Shown here piece after piece: positions 23,516 to 32,000 of a stretch of DNA of 32,000 nt (its first letter is position 1; each line of letters starts with the position of its first letter). The notes under the pieces are model-generated. The model was not told the origin of the DNA, searched no databases, and saw only the letters and a list, made by a program, of their open reading frames with translations. The translations under genes and the position numbers were made by a program. Source of the stretch: Rhodobacter capsulatus SB 1003 (GTDB lineage: Bacteria; Pseudomonadota; Alphaproteobacteria; Rhodobacterales; Rhodobacteraceae); the NCBI RefSeq assembly GCF_000021865.1, contig NC_014034.1:3630001-3662000 (forward strand), given 5' to 3'.

Positions 23516-25570
23516 TCACGGTTTCAGCACGATCTGGCGGTGGTCGCTGCGCCCCTGCGCATCGAGCACGGTCAAGGACACGAAGCCCGGGCCGGTCAGG
23601 TCGAGCACGGTTTCCCGCGTGCGGCTGCCCACCAGCAGCGGCGCGCCATTCGCAAGCCAGGTGAAGGGCGGCGCGCCACCGCGCAGCTTCACCGTCAGCC
23701 CCTGCCCCGCCATCTCGATCTCGGCGCCCTCGGGTGGGAAGGTCACTTCCGGGGCGCCCGCGACCACCGTCGCAAAAGCCGCGTCGCGGGGGCGGAAGCG
23801 CTGCAACGGCTGCGGCAGCCGGGCATTGGGCAGGATCAGCGTCGCGGGCGGCGGCGGCGGCAGGGGGGCACGGGCGGCGCCGATGCGGTCGAAGAGTTCG
23901 AACAGCACCGGCGCCGCCAGCTCGCCGCCAAAGGCCCCGGGAACCGGCGTGCCATCGGCGCGGCCCATCCAGACGCCCGCGACATGGGCGCCGTCAAAGC
24001 CCAGCGCCAGCGCATCGCGATGGCCATAGGAGGTGCCGGTCTTGAAAGCGATCCGGTTCGGCGCCGCGCCGGGCGGCGGCGGAATGCGCGACAGGATATC
24101 GCTCACCTGCCAGGCCGCGACCGGGCCGAACAGCGCGCCATCCCGCGGACCGGCCTTGCCCGCCTCGGCCGAAAGCCGCAAGGGGCGGCCGAGCCGGGCC
24201 AGCGCCGCATAGGCCTGCACCAGATCCTGCAGGCTGATCCCCACCCCGCCCAGACTGACCGCAAGACCCGGCGGGGCGTCCGTTGGCAGCAGCACCTTCG
24301 CCCCGGCCTTGCGCAGGGCCGACAGCAGCCGTTCCGGCCCCAGGGCCTCGGTCAGGCTGACAACGGGGATATTGAGCGAGAGCGACAGGGCTTGCCGCAC
24401 CGGCAGAGTGCCGCGAAAGCTGCGGTCGAAATTCTGCGGCCGCCAGGGGCCGAAGGCGACCGGGCGATCCTCGATCAACGTCTCGGGATGGGCCAGACCA
24501 TCGTCGAAGGCCAAGGCATAGACGAAGGGTTTCAGCGTCGATCCGGGCGAGCGCGGCGCCTGGGTCAGATCGACGAAACCGGCCCGTTTCGCATCGGTCC
24601 AGGCCGCGCCGCCGACCGAGGCGAGGATCTCTCCGGTCCGGTGATCGGCGACCAGCAGCGCCACCGAGACCTGCCCGGCCTGCCCCGCCACCGCCCGGCC
24701 CGCCAGCGCCTCGGCCGCGCGTTGCAGCCCCGGCGCGATCGTCGTTTCGATCCGGGCGCCCCGCGGCGCGGCGGCGGCAAGCCGTTCGGTCAGATGCGGG
24801 GCGAGCGCGGGAAAATCCCGCCGCCGGGTCGGGATCGGCTCGGCCTTGGCGGCGCGCGCGGCATCGGGCGCCAGAACGCCTTCGGCGGCCAGACGATCCA
24901 GAACCCGGTCGCGGGCGAGTTTGGCGGCCTTTGGAAAGCGGTCCGGGCGGCGGGTCTCGGGCGATTGCGGCAGGGCGATCAGCAGCGCCGCCTCGGCCGG
25001 GGAAAGCCGCCGCGGTTCCTTGCCGAACCAGGCGAGGGACGCCGCCCGTACGCCTTCGACATTGCCGCCAAAGGGCGCCAATCGCAGATAAAGATCAAGG
25101 ATTTGGGCCTTGCTCAGATGCCGTTCCAGCGCCAGCGCCAGCCGCGCTTGCCGCAGCTTGCCATCAAGCCTTCCGGTCGAGCCTTCCTCCAGCAGACGCG
25201 CCACCTGCATCGTCAGGGTCGAGGCGCCCGAGACCACCTGCCCGTTCCACAGCATCTGCCCGCCTGCCCGCAGCACGGCGATGGGGTCCACGCCGGAATG
25301 GTGGTAAAACCGGCCATCCTCATAGGCGACCAGCGCGGTCAGATAGGCCGGATCGACCGGGCCGGGCGCCAGGCGCCAGCGGCCGTCGGCGACCGGAAAG
25401 GCGCGCAGGATCGTGCCGTCGCGGGCCAGAACCTCGGTGCCGACATCGACGCCCAAGGGCGGCAGCGGCGCCGTCGCAATCCAGCGATCCAGCCCGTCGC
25501 GCAGGCCCGCCCCCGACAGCAGAAGAAGGGCGGCGGCGAAAACCCCCGCCGCCCGCAGGCGAGGTGTCAT
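23516..25570 (-). CDS. pbpC: penicillin-binding protein 1C (bifunctional glycosyltransferase/transpeptidase)
   Basis: ATG at 25570 forms an ATGA overlap with the upstream alpha-2-macroglobulin stop. GT51 motifs [13 protein letters not shown] and GASTLTMQ. Transpeptidase motifs STLK, SLN and KTGT. C-terminal PBP1C-type extension. The track start at 25714 is an extension. Confidence 0.9.
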   Translation of the reverse strand: MTPRLRAAGVFAAALLLLSGAGLRDGLDRWIATAPLPPLGVDVGTEVLARDGTILRAFPVADGRWRLAPGPVDPAYLTALVAYEDGRFYHHSGVDPIAVLRAGGQMLWNGQVVSGASTLTMQVARLLEEGSTGRLDGKLRQARLALALERHLSKAQILDLYLRLAPFGGNVEGVRAASLAWFGKEPRRLSPAEAALLIALPQSPETRRPDRFPKAAKLARDRVLDRLAAEGVLAPDAARAAKAEPIPTRRRDFPALAPHLTERLAAAAPRGARIETTIAPGLQRAAEALAGRAVAGQAGQVSVALLVADHRTGEILASVGGAAWTDAKRAGFVDLTQAPRSPGSTLKPFVYALAFDDGLAHPETLIEDRPVAFGPWRPQNFDRSFRGTLPVRQALSLSLNIPVVSLTEALGPERLLSALRKAGAKVLLPTDAPPGLAVSLGGVGISLQDLVQAYAALARLGRPLRLSAEAGKAGPRDGALFGPVAAWQVSDILSRIPPPPGAAPNRIAFKTGTSYGHRDALALGFDGAHVAGVWMGRADGTPVPGAFGGELAAPVLFELFDRIGAARAPLPPPPPATLILPNARLPQPLQRFRPRDAAFATVVAGAPEVTFPPEGAEIEMAGQGLTVKLRGGAPPFTWLANGAPLLVGSRTRETVLDLTGPGFVSLTVLDAQGRSDHRQIVLKP

Positions 25571-28500
25571 TCCACCGTCACCATCCCGGTGTCGCCATGC
25601 GCCCGCATGTCCGGGCGATACATGTCTTCGACCGAGGCCGCCGGATGGACGAAGGTCCCCGGGCTGACCGCGCGCACGACATAGGCCAGCCGGAAGGGCT
25701 GATCGCTTTGCCAATCCAGCGCGGCGAGGAACCGATCCTGCCGGAACTCGGTCGTCAGCGGGTTTTCCTCGACCGAAAGCCAGTCGAGCGCCGCCAGATC
25801 GCCCGCGCGGATCAGGTTCGGGTTGTCGATCTCGAAGCCCGCGGGCAGCGGATCGTTGACCATCAGCCGCGCTTCCTGGCGACCAAGCGGCTTGATTTCC
25901 AGCACCGTCACCAGCCGCGTGCCTTGGGCAACCTTCGTCGCGTCAACCTCCTCGCCCTCCAGCGTGTAGTAGCTGCGCGCAATCGCCCAGCCCTTGCCCC
26001 CGGCCTTTTCGGCGACTTCAGGCACGCCGACCGTGGTCAGGGTCAGGGTCTGCGGGGCGTCGCCGGTGTTCGCGATCGCCAGCGACCGCCCGGCCGTCTC
26101 GGCGTCGATCACCTTGACGAGCGGCCCGGTCACCGGAGCGCCATCCACCGTCAGACCCTCGGCCCCGGGCCGGTCGATCTGCGCATGGGCGGCCAAGAGC
26201 GTCCAGGTCGCCTCCTGCGTCGACAGGGGCGTGCTGCCCAGCCGCGCGATCACCGATTGGCCGACCGTCTCGGGATTGACCGCAGTCGAGCCCGATTCCG
26301 ACGCCAAGGCAAGCACCGCCGCCGCATCGCGCAGGTTGGTGCCATAATCGTCCCGCCAGACCGGCTTTTCATCGCCCAAGGCCGAGACCGACTTTGCCGC
26401 CCGGGCAAACATCGCATCGGCCCGGGTCTGATCGCCATAAGAGGCCAGCGCCGCCCCCAGTTGCGCCATCGCCAAGGGCGTCGCGAAATCATCGCCCTTC
26501 ACATCGGCGAAATAGCGCAGATCGCCGATCGAGGCCGCCCCTTCGCGCGCCAGCACCATCAGCTGATAGGCCAGAACCCGGCCGCCGCCATTCGAATTGC
26601 GGTCGAAATCGGGCGCGTAATTCACCTGATTGCGCAGGTTGTCGAGCGCGTTGCGGAAGGCCGTGTCCGGCACCGGATGACCGGCCTTGCGGGCGCGGCT
26701 GAGGAAATCGGTGACATAGGCATCCAGCCAGCCATCGCCCGACATCGGCCCCCAAAGCCCGAAAGCGCCGGTGGCATCCTGATTGGTCAGCACCTTGGAA
26801 ACCGCCATTTCGATCCGCGCGTCGATATCCTTGGGCGTGCCCAGCTCCATCGCCTCGGCCACGGACGACAGATAAAGCAGCGGCAGCGCCGTCGAGGTGA
26901 TCTGCTCGGTGCAGCCATAGGGGTAACGGTCGAGCGCCTGCAACAGCGCCGGGGTGTCAAAGCGGGCAATCGGCCCCGCCGCCAGCGTCGCGCGGGCGGA
27001 ACCGGGCAGGAAGCCCGCAAAGACATTGGCGTCAAAGGTGAAGCTCTTGCCCGCGGCCAGATCGAACCGCGACTGCCGCGCCACCTCGGGGCTGTTGTCC
27101 TGCACGGGGATTTTCAGCACCTTTTCCAGCAGCTTGCCATCTGGCGTCGTCAGCGCCACCCGGATCTCCTGCACCCCTTCGGCCTTGGGCGCAGTGACCG
27201 GCACGGCGATTTCCGCCTTGCCCAGATCGGCCAGATCGAGCCCCGAGGGACGATCCCCCAGCACCAACCCGGCCGAGGTCACGTCGAGCCCCATCCGCCC
27301 GGAAGGCCCGGTGGCATGGACGATTTCCAGAAGCAGCCGCGAGCTGTCGCCGGGGGCCAGGAACCGCGGCACCGAGGCCGTCACCACCACCGGATCCCGC
27401 ACCAGAACATCGGACGAGGCCTGCCCGACGCCGGTCTTCGACCAGACCACCGCCGAAAGCCGCACCGTGCCGTTGAAGGCAGGCAGGTCGAAACTGGTGC
27501 GGATCACGCCATCTGCATCCGCCGTCAACGCGCCCGAGAAATAGGCCACCAGCTCTTCCGTGGGCGGCGGCGCCTGCAGCGTCATGTCCCGCCCGGCATC
27601 GCCGCCGGAACGGATCACCCCCATCTCGCCGCTGCGACCGTCGATCAGCCGCCCGTAAACGTCGCGCAGCCCGACGCCCAGACGCCGCTGCCCGAAATAA
27701 TGCGCCGCAGGATCGGGCGCCTTGAACCCGGTCAGGTTCAGAATCCCCAGATCCACCGCCGCAATCGTCGCGTAAACGGTCTCTCCCTTCTTCACGCCCG
27801 CGACCTTCAGCGCCACCGGCAAAGCCGCGCGCGGATCGGAGGCGGCAGGCACGTCGAAGGCCGCCTGCAGCTTGCGTTCGCCCGGATCGACCGTGGCATA
27901 GGCCAGCCCCATCGCCCGGTTCGGCGCCCGCGCCGGGGCCTCCTCGGCCAAGGGCCGCAGCACGGAGGCCGTCACATAGGCCCCCGCCCCCCATTCCTGC
28001 GTCACCGGCAGGTCGATGCTGTTTTCCCCGGCCTCGACCGCGAGGGATTTCAGCGCCACCACCCGGTTCGACAGGACCGAGACCAGTGCCACCCCCTTCG
28101 CAGGCGCGACGATGCGCAGATGCGCCGTGTCGCCCAGCGCATAGGCGGGCTTGTCGAGCGCCAGCTGCAGCCGGTCGGGGCTGGCCAGAACATCGGCGGG
28201 CGCATACCAGCCCGCGTCAAAGGCCATGCTGGCCGCCATCGCGCCGCTTTCCTCCTCGACGACAAGCTCGTATTGCCCCCAATCGACCTTGGCCGCGATC
28301 TGCAGCGGCCCGGCCGCGGTCAGATCGCCCCGGCCCTCGGCCACGCGAGAGCGCCGGGTGATCGGCTCCCAGTTCCAATAGCCATCGACCGCATACCACT
28401 GGTAGGTGGTCTCGACCTTGTTCACCACCCAATGCAGCGTCATCGGCACCGGCTGCAGATCCGGCCCCAGGGTCGTGACCTCGAAGCCGGCCTCTGCGCC

Positions 28501-31011
28501 TTCGGGCACGGCGCCCTCGGCAAATTGCGGCTTGATCCCCAGAACCGGCGCCGCGGGCATCACCAGACGCTTGATCTCGCGGCTGATCGGACGGCCCGAG
28601 CCTTCGCGGACTTCCACCGCAAAGGTCGCCTCGAGCGGCCGGTCGGCGGTCAGGGCCGCCTCGGGCAGCGAGACGGCGATCTCGGCCGCGCCGGTCTCGT
28701 CGGTCTCGCCCGCTTCCAGACTGTCGTAGATCGTTTCAAACGGCGTGTCGTGACGGCCGAAGACATAGCCCGCAAAGCCCGGAACCTCCGCGGCGGTGCG
28801 CAGCGCGAAGCTGCCCTCGGTGCCCAGCCCGGCCCCCGGAGCGCCAAAGAGATAGCGCGCCGAAACCCCGATCAGCGGCATGTCATCCCCGGCCAGAACG
28901 CCTTCGGGCAGGGTCAGGGTGGCGTCGATCCGTTCGGGCAGGAAGTCCTCGACCAGGAATTTGCCCGAGGCGAGCGGCTCGCCCTTGGGATCGGCGAAGA
29001 TGTCGAGCCGCCAGGTGCCGCGCGGCGCCTGCGCCCCGATCGGCAGGGCGATGGTGTGCCCGCCCGCGCCCGCATCTTCGGTCAGGGCGCGGGAATATTC
29101 GACACCATCGGGCCGCAGCAGCACGGCGGTCAGCGGCAGGCCGTCAATCGCCTGCGTGCTGGCATCGCGGGCCAGAACGGTCGCATGCACGGTCTCGCCC
29201 GCGCGATAGGCGCCGCGGTCGGTGGTCAGGAAAACATCGATCGCGGGCGCGGGGGGCATGCCCTCGACACCGCGGTCGGACAGGTCGAATTCCGCATCGG
29301 TGAGCGAGAGATAGGCCAGATCCTCGCCGCGGCTGACCGCGATCAGCGCCGGGGCGGCATTGCCCTTGCCCGCGGCCTGTTCGGGGGCGAACTGCACCAC
29401 GCCCTCGGCATCGGTCGTGGCCGTCGCGATCACCGCATTGGCCTTGGACACCAGCTGCACCGCGGCGCCCTCGACCGCAACGGCATCGGACAGGCCGCGC
29501 ACCGCCACCGTCAGCCCGTCGGCGCCCGAATAGCTGGTCAGCCCCAGATCCGAGATCATGAACCATTGCGCCGCGGGCGGCTTTTCATAGGGGTCCGCCC
29601 CCGGCACCGCCGCGGTCAGCACATAGATGCCCGCCCCCAGCGGCCCGGTCACCTCCTGCACCGGCAGGCGGGTGGTCATGTCGCGGTTGACCTCCATCTT
29701 CACCTCGGCGCTGCCGTGCCAGACCTCTTCGGCATATTGGGTGTTGAAGTAATCGACCGACCAGCTGTCCATCGAACGGGCAAAGTAATCCTCGCGCATC
29801 GCGGCCACCAGATTGCGGTCCGACACCCGCAGGATCTTCAGATCCAGCCCCTTGAGGTTCACCGTCTGCACCGGCACGCCACTGTCGGCCCCGCGCGGCA
29901 GGATATAGGACCGGCCCGGGAAGCTGACCGCGGGCGCCCGGTCGCGCACATAGGCGGTGATCGTGACATCCTTGCCCAGCGTTTCCCCCGTCGCCGCAGG
30001 CAGGCCCTTGCGGAAGGTCAGCGCATAGCGTTGCCCGTGCTTCACCCCGCCGACACAGATCTGGTTCGCCGCGGCCTCGACCGACAGCCCGGTTTCGGGC
30101 AGCTGCACGAAGGGCGCGTAATCGACCCCGGTCTTCACCAGATCGGCGTTGAAATTCGCGCAGATCCGGGGACTTGCGCTATCCGCCTCGACGCTGTTGT
30201 CCTGAATGCGAAAGCCGTATTTGCCCTCGGCGTCCTTCAGCGCGGCGGCGATATCCTCGCGCGCGGAGAGCGTCGCCGCCAGCTGCAGCGCCGCCAGCGT
30301 CTCGCGGGTGCGACCGGCCTTTTCCAGCGCCTGCGCCAGAACGAAGAGCGCCTCGGCCTGACCGGCGGGCCGGGCCGCGCGCAGATAGCCGTTCACCGCC
30401 GCCGAGACCGAGCGGCCGACCGCCTCGGACTCCTCGAGCCGAAGGCCCAGCGCCGCATAATCCGTCCATTGATCGGCGGCATCGGAGAGAACGATCATCG
30501 CCCCTTCCAGCGCCTGCGCCCGCGTCCAGTCCGCCTGCGCCCGGGCCTGTTTCAGCCCCGCGGCCAGCTCCTCGGGGCTGGCGAAATTCGTCAGATGCAG
30601 CCGCCCCATCGCGCCCGCCAGCGCCGTCGCCTCGGCAAGACTGCCCTCGGACAGAAACTCCAGATCGGCGGCCCGGGTTTTGGCCCGGGCTTCGGCGCCC
30701 TTGTTCGCGGCCACCACCACGCCCGAAAACGCGCCCTGATAGGGCGCCATCGCCGTCACCCCGGCCTTCGGAAAACAGGAATTGTTGCGGGCGTTGAAGG
30801 TCACCGCCTCGCAGGCCGAATCGGCGAGACAGGCGGCTTCGCAGGCTTCAAGGCTGGTGTCGAAAATCTGTTGCAGATCCCGGCCCGAAAGGTCCATCCC
30901 CTCGGCGATCGACAGCCGTCGCTCGGGGACAAGGGGGAAATCCTGCGCCATCGCAGGGCCGATACCGCAAATCACCGCGCAGAAGGAAAGAAAGACCGAG
31001 GACAGACGCAT
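25567..31011 (-). CDS. alpha-2-macroglobulin family protein with thioester motif and N-terminal PAN/Apple-like domain
   Basis: ATG at 31011 after GGAGG. The track start at 31065 is TTG. Signal peptide [24 protein letters not shown]. Cys pattern [29 protein letters not shown]. Thioester YPYGCTEQ is encoded at 26902-26913. 1814 aa. Directly upstream of pbpC. Confidence 0.9.
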   Translation of the reverse strand: MRLSSVFLSFCAVICGIGPAMAQDFPLVPERRLSIAEGMDLSGRDLQQIFDTSLEACEAACLADSACEAVTFNARNNSCFPKAGVTAMAPYQGAFSGVVVAANKGAEARAKTRAADLEFLSEGSLAEATALAGAMGRLHLTNFASPEELAAGLKQARAQADWTRAQALEGAMIVLSDAADQWTDYAALGLRLEESEAVGRSVSAAVNGYLRAARPAGQAEALFVLAQALEKAGRTRETLAALQLAATLSAREDIAAALKDAEGKYGFRIQDNSVEADSASPRICANFNADLVKTGVDYAPFVQLPETGLSVEAAANQICVGGVKHGQRYALTFRKGLPAATGETLGKDVTITAYVRDRAPAVSFPGRSYILPRGADSGVPVQTVNLKGLDLKILRVSDRNLVAAMREDYFARSMDSWSVDYFNTQYAEEVWHGSAEVKMEVNRDMTTRLPVQEVTGPLGAGIYVLTAAVPGADPYEKPPAAQWFMISDLGLTSYSGADGLTVAVRGLSDAVAVEGAAVQLVSKANAVIATATTDAEGVVQFAPEQAAGKGNAAPALIAVSRGEDLAYLSLTDAEFDLSDRGVEGMPPAPAIDVFLTTDRGAYRAGETVHATVLARDASTQAIDGLPLTAVLLRPDGVEYSRALTEDAGAGGHTIALPIGAQAPRGTWRLDIFADPKGEPLASGKFLVEDFLPERIDATLTLPEGVLAGDDMPLIGVSARYLFGAPGAGLGTEGSFALRTAAEVPGFAGYVFGRHDTPFETIYDSLEAGETDETGAAEIAVSLPEAALTADRPLEATFAVEVREGSGRPISREIKRLVMPAAPVLGIKPQFAEGAVPEGAEAGFEVTTLGPDLQPVPMTLHWVVNKVETTYQWYAVDGYWNWEPITRRSRVAEGRGDLTAAGPLQIAAKVDWGQYELVVEEESGAMAASMAFDAGWYAPADVLASPDRLQLALDKPAYALGDTAHLRIVAPAKGVALVSVLSNRVVALKSLAVEAGENSIDLPVTQEWGAGAYVTASVLRPLAEEAPARAPNRAMGLAYATVDPGERKLQAAFDVPAASDPRAALPVALKVAGVKKGETVYATIAAVDLGILNLTGFKAPDPAAHYFGQRRLGVGLRDVYGRLIDGRSGEMGVIRSGGDAGRDMTLQAPPPTEELVAYFSGALTADADGVIRTSFDLPAFNGTVRLSAVVWSKTGVGQASSDVLVRDPVVVTASVPRFLAPGDSSRLLLEIVHATGPSGRMGLDVTSAGLVLGDRPSGLDLADLGKAEIAVPVTAPKAEGVQEIRVALTTPDGKLLEKVLKIPVQDNSPEVARQSRFDLAAGKSFTFDANVFAGFLPGSARATLAAGPIARFDTPALLQALDRYPYGCTEQITSTALPLLYLSSVAEAMELGTPKDIDARIEMAVSKVLTNQDATGAFGLWGPMSGDGWLDAYVTDFLSRARKAGHPVPDTAFRNALDNLRNQVNYAPDFDRNSNGGGRVLAYQLMVLAREGAASIGDLRYFADVKGDDFATPLAMAQLGAALASYGDQTRADAMFARAAKSVSALGDEKPVWRDDYGTNLRDAAAVLALASESGSTAVNPETVGQSVIARLGSTPLSTQEATWTLLAAHAQIDRPGAEGLTVDGAPVTGPLVKVIDAETAGRSLAIANTGDAPQTLTLTTVGVPEVAEKAGGKGWAIARSYYTLEGEEVDATKVAQGTRLVTVLEIKPLGRQEARLMVNDPLPAGFEIDNPNLIRAGDLAALDWLSVEENPLTTEFRQDRFLAALDWQSDQPFRLAYVVRAVSPGTFVHPAASVEDMYRPDMRAHGDTGMVTVE

Positions 31012-31116
31012 GGAAACCTCCGGGCTGAATGCCGGGATGCTCTCATGCGGCCGGGTTTCGTTCAACAGCGAAGCGGCCCGTTAAGGCCGTTAAGCAGATT
31101 TTCACCCAAGACTGGG

Positions 31117-32000
31117 ATGGTGCGACAGGATTTTCGACAGGTGCCGGGAATGGACGCCGTCTTGGCAGAAAAATTGGCGCAGGAGCGGCGGGCTCGGCTG
31201 GCGGCGGAACGCCTGCTGGAGCAGAAGAAGCGCGAGCTGTTTGCGGCGAACCAGAAACTGGCCCTGCATGCGCGGGCGCTTTCGGAACAGATCGTGCAGC
31301 AGCGGCACGGGCTGCAACAGGCGCTGACCGAGGCCGCCTCGCTCAAGGGCGAGAATTCGCGCGTGCGCGGCGATCTGCAGCGGGCGGAATCGGTGGCGAT
31401 GATCGCGCAGCGGCGGCTGTGGGACGCGCTGGAAACCATCCGCGACGGCTTTGCGGTCTATGATGGCGATCTGCGGCTGGTGGTGGCGAACCGGGCCTAT
31501 CTGTCCTTCTTTCATGGCGAGGTGGCGATCACCGCGGGCGTCACCTATGATGCCGTGCTGAAGATCGTCGCCAAGCATGAAATGGTCGACATGGCGGGCC
31601 GCGATCCGCTGGACTGGCACCACGAGATGATCGCCCGGATCCGGCGCGAGCATATCGAACCGATCGTGTTGCGCACCCGCAACGGCCACCACATCAAGCT
31701 GATCGACCGCTGGGGCGAGGATGGCGATCTGGTCTGTCTGGCGCAGGACATCACCCATATCATCGAGCGCGAACAGGAGCTGGAGGAAGCCCGCAACAAG
31801 GCCGAGGCCGCGAACCGGGCGAAATCGGCCTTCCTGGCCAACATGAGCCATGAAATCCGCACGCCGATGAACGGCGTCGTCGGCATGGCGGAACTTCTGG
31901 GCGAAACCGAGCTGAACGAGGAACAGCAGCTTTACGTCGAGACCATCCGCTCCTCGGGCGAGGCGCTGCTGACGATCATCAACGACGTGCTCGACTATTC
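31117..32000 (+). CDS. PAS-domain sensor histidine kinase (probably hybrid type), 3' end truncated by the window edge
   Basis: Not in the supplied ORF track because no stop lies in the window. I translated the frame by hand: [38 protein letters not shown]... (coiled coil), then [32 protein letters not shown] (PAS-like), then the HisKA H-box [26 protein letters not shown]. The frame is open from 31117 to 32000. An alternative ATG is at 31150. Confidence 0.85.
   Translation, partial: MVRQDFRQVPGMDAVLAEKLAQERRARLAAERLLEQKKRELFAANQKLALHARALSEQIVQQRHGLQQALTEAASLKGENSRVRGDLQRAESVAMIAQRRLWDALETIRDGFAVYDGDLRLVVANRAYLSFFHGEVAITAGVTYDAVLKIVAKHEMVDMAGRDPLDWHHEMIARIRREHIEPIVLRTRNGHHIKLIDRWGEDGDLVCLAQDITHIIEREQELEEARNKAEAANRAKSAFLANMSHEIRTPMNGVVGMAELLGETELNEEQQLYVETIRSSGEALLTIINDVLDY

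Noticed and set aside
23540-25684. 714-aa plus-strand ORF
   Set aside because: It is antisense to pbpC, whose frame shows the GT51 and SxxK/SxN/KTG motifs. The translation is Arg/Gly/Gln/Pro-rich with no motif.
1-32000. Search for mobile elements, prophage, CRISPR arrays, toxin-antitoxin pairs or known defence-system genes
   Set aside because: I saw no transposase, integrase or recombinase motifs. There are no terminal inverted repeats flanking a gene block, no regularly spaced direct repeats, no tRNA or rRNA genes, and no nuclease, helicase or ATPase defence hallmarks. Apart from 14516-14680, base composition is uniform, which argues against a recently acquired island.

Overview
This is a GC-rich chromosomal segment (about two-thirds G+C by eye). 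Its proteins look alphaproteobacterial and Rhodobacterales-like, which is inference only. It holds mostly housekeeping and metabolic genes in about ten transcription units. (1) A Liv/HAAT-type ABC importer (ATPase, permease, permease, binding protein, ATPase) followed by a PaaK-like CoA-ligase-family gene. (2) Methionine aminopeptidase. (3) A translationally coupled CinA-like / GNAT / OmpA-family trio. (4) A LysR regulator divergent from 2,4-dienoyl-CoA reductase. (5) An uncharacterised minus-strand cluster: a lipoprotein, an AT-rich gap, then coupled 258-aa and 114-aa proteins. (6) A BadF-type GlcNAc-kinase-like gene plus nagA. (7) The serine pathway genes serB and serC-serA. (8) A PPP-family phosphatase and a thiolase. 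(9) An alpha-2-macroglobulin plus PBP1C periplasmic module. (10) The 5' part of a PAS histidine kinase that runs off the window end and is missing from the supplied ORF track. I recognised no rRNA, tRNA, CRISPR, transposase, integrase or phage genes. The most unusual signals are: a dispersed intergenic repeat family (GC hairpin plus an RTATTT-N-CAAG tail) with at least five copies; the unknown-function cluster at 13.4-15.3 kb, which carries an in-frame 21-bp tandem duplication; a thioester alpha-2-macroglobulin with an N-terminal PAN/Apple-like module instead of a lipobox; a roughly 400-bp insertion with a small 2-TM ORF inside the ABC operon; and a possible serC leader. I see no compelling, clearly novel multi-gene system, so the candidates are scored moderately. 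Many long ORFs in the track are GC-driven antisense shadows and were rejected. Several track ORFs start at upstream TTG/GTG codons and were trimmed to better-supported starts.
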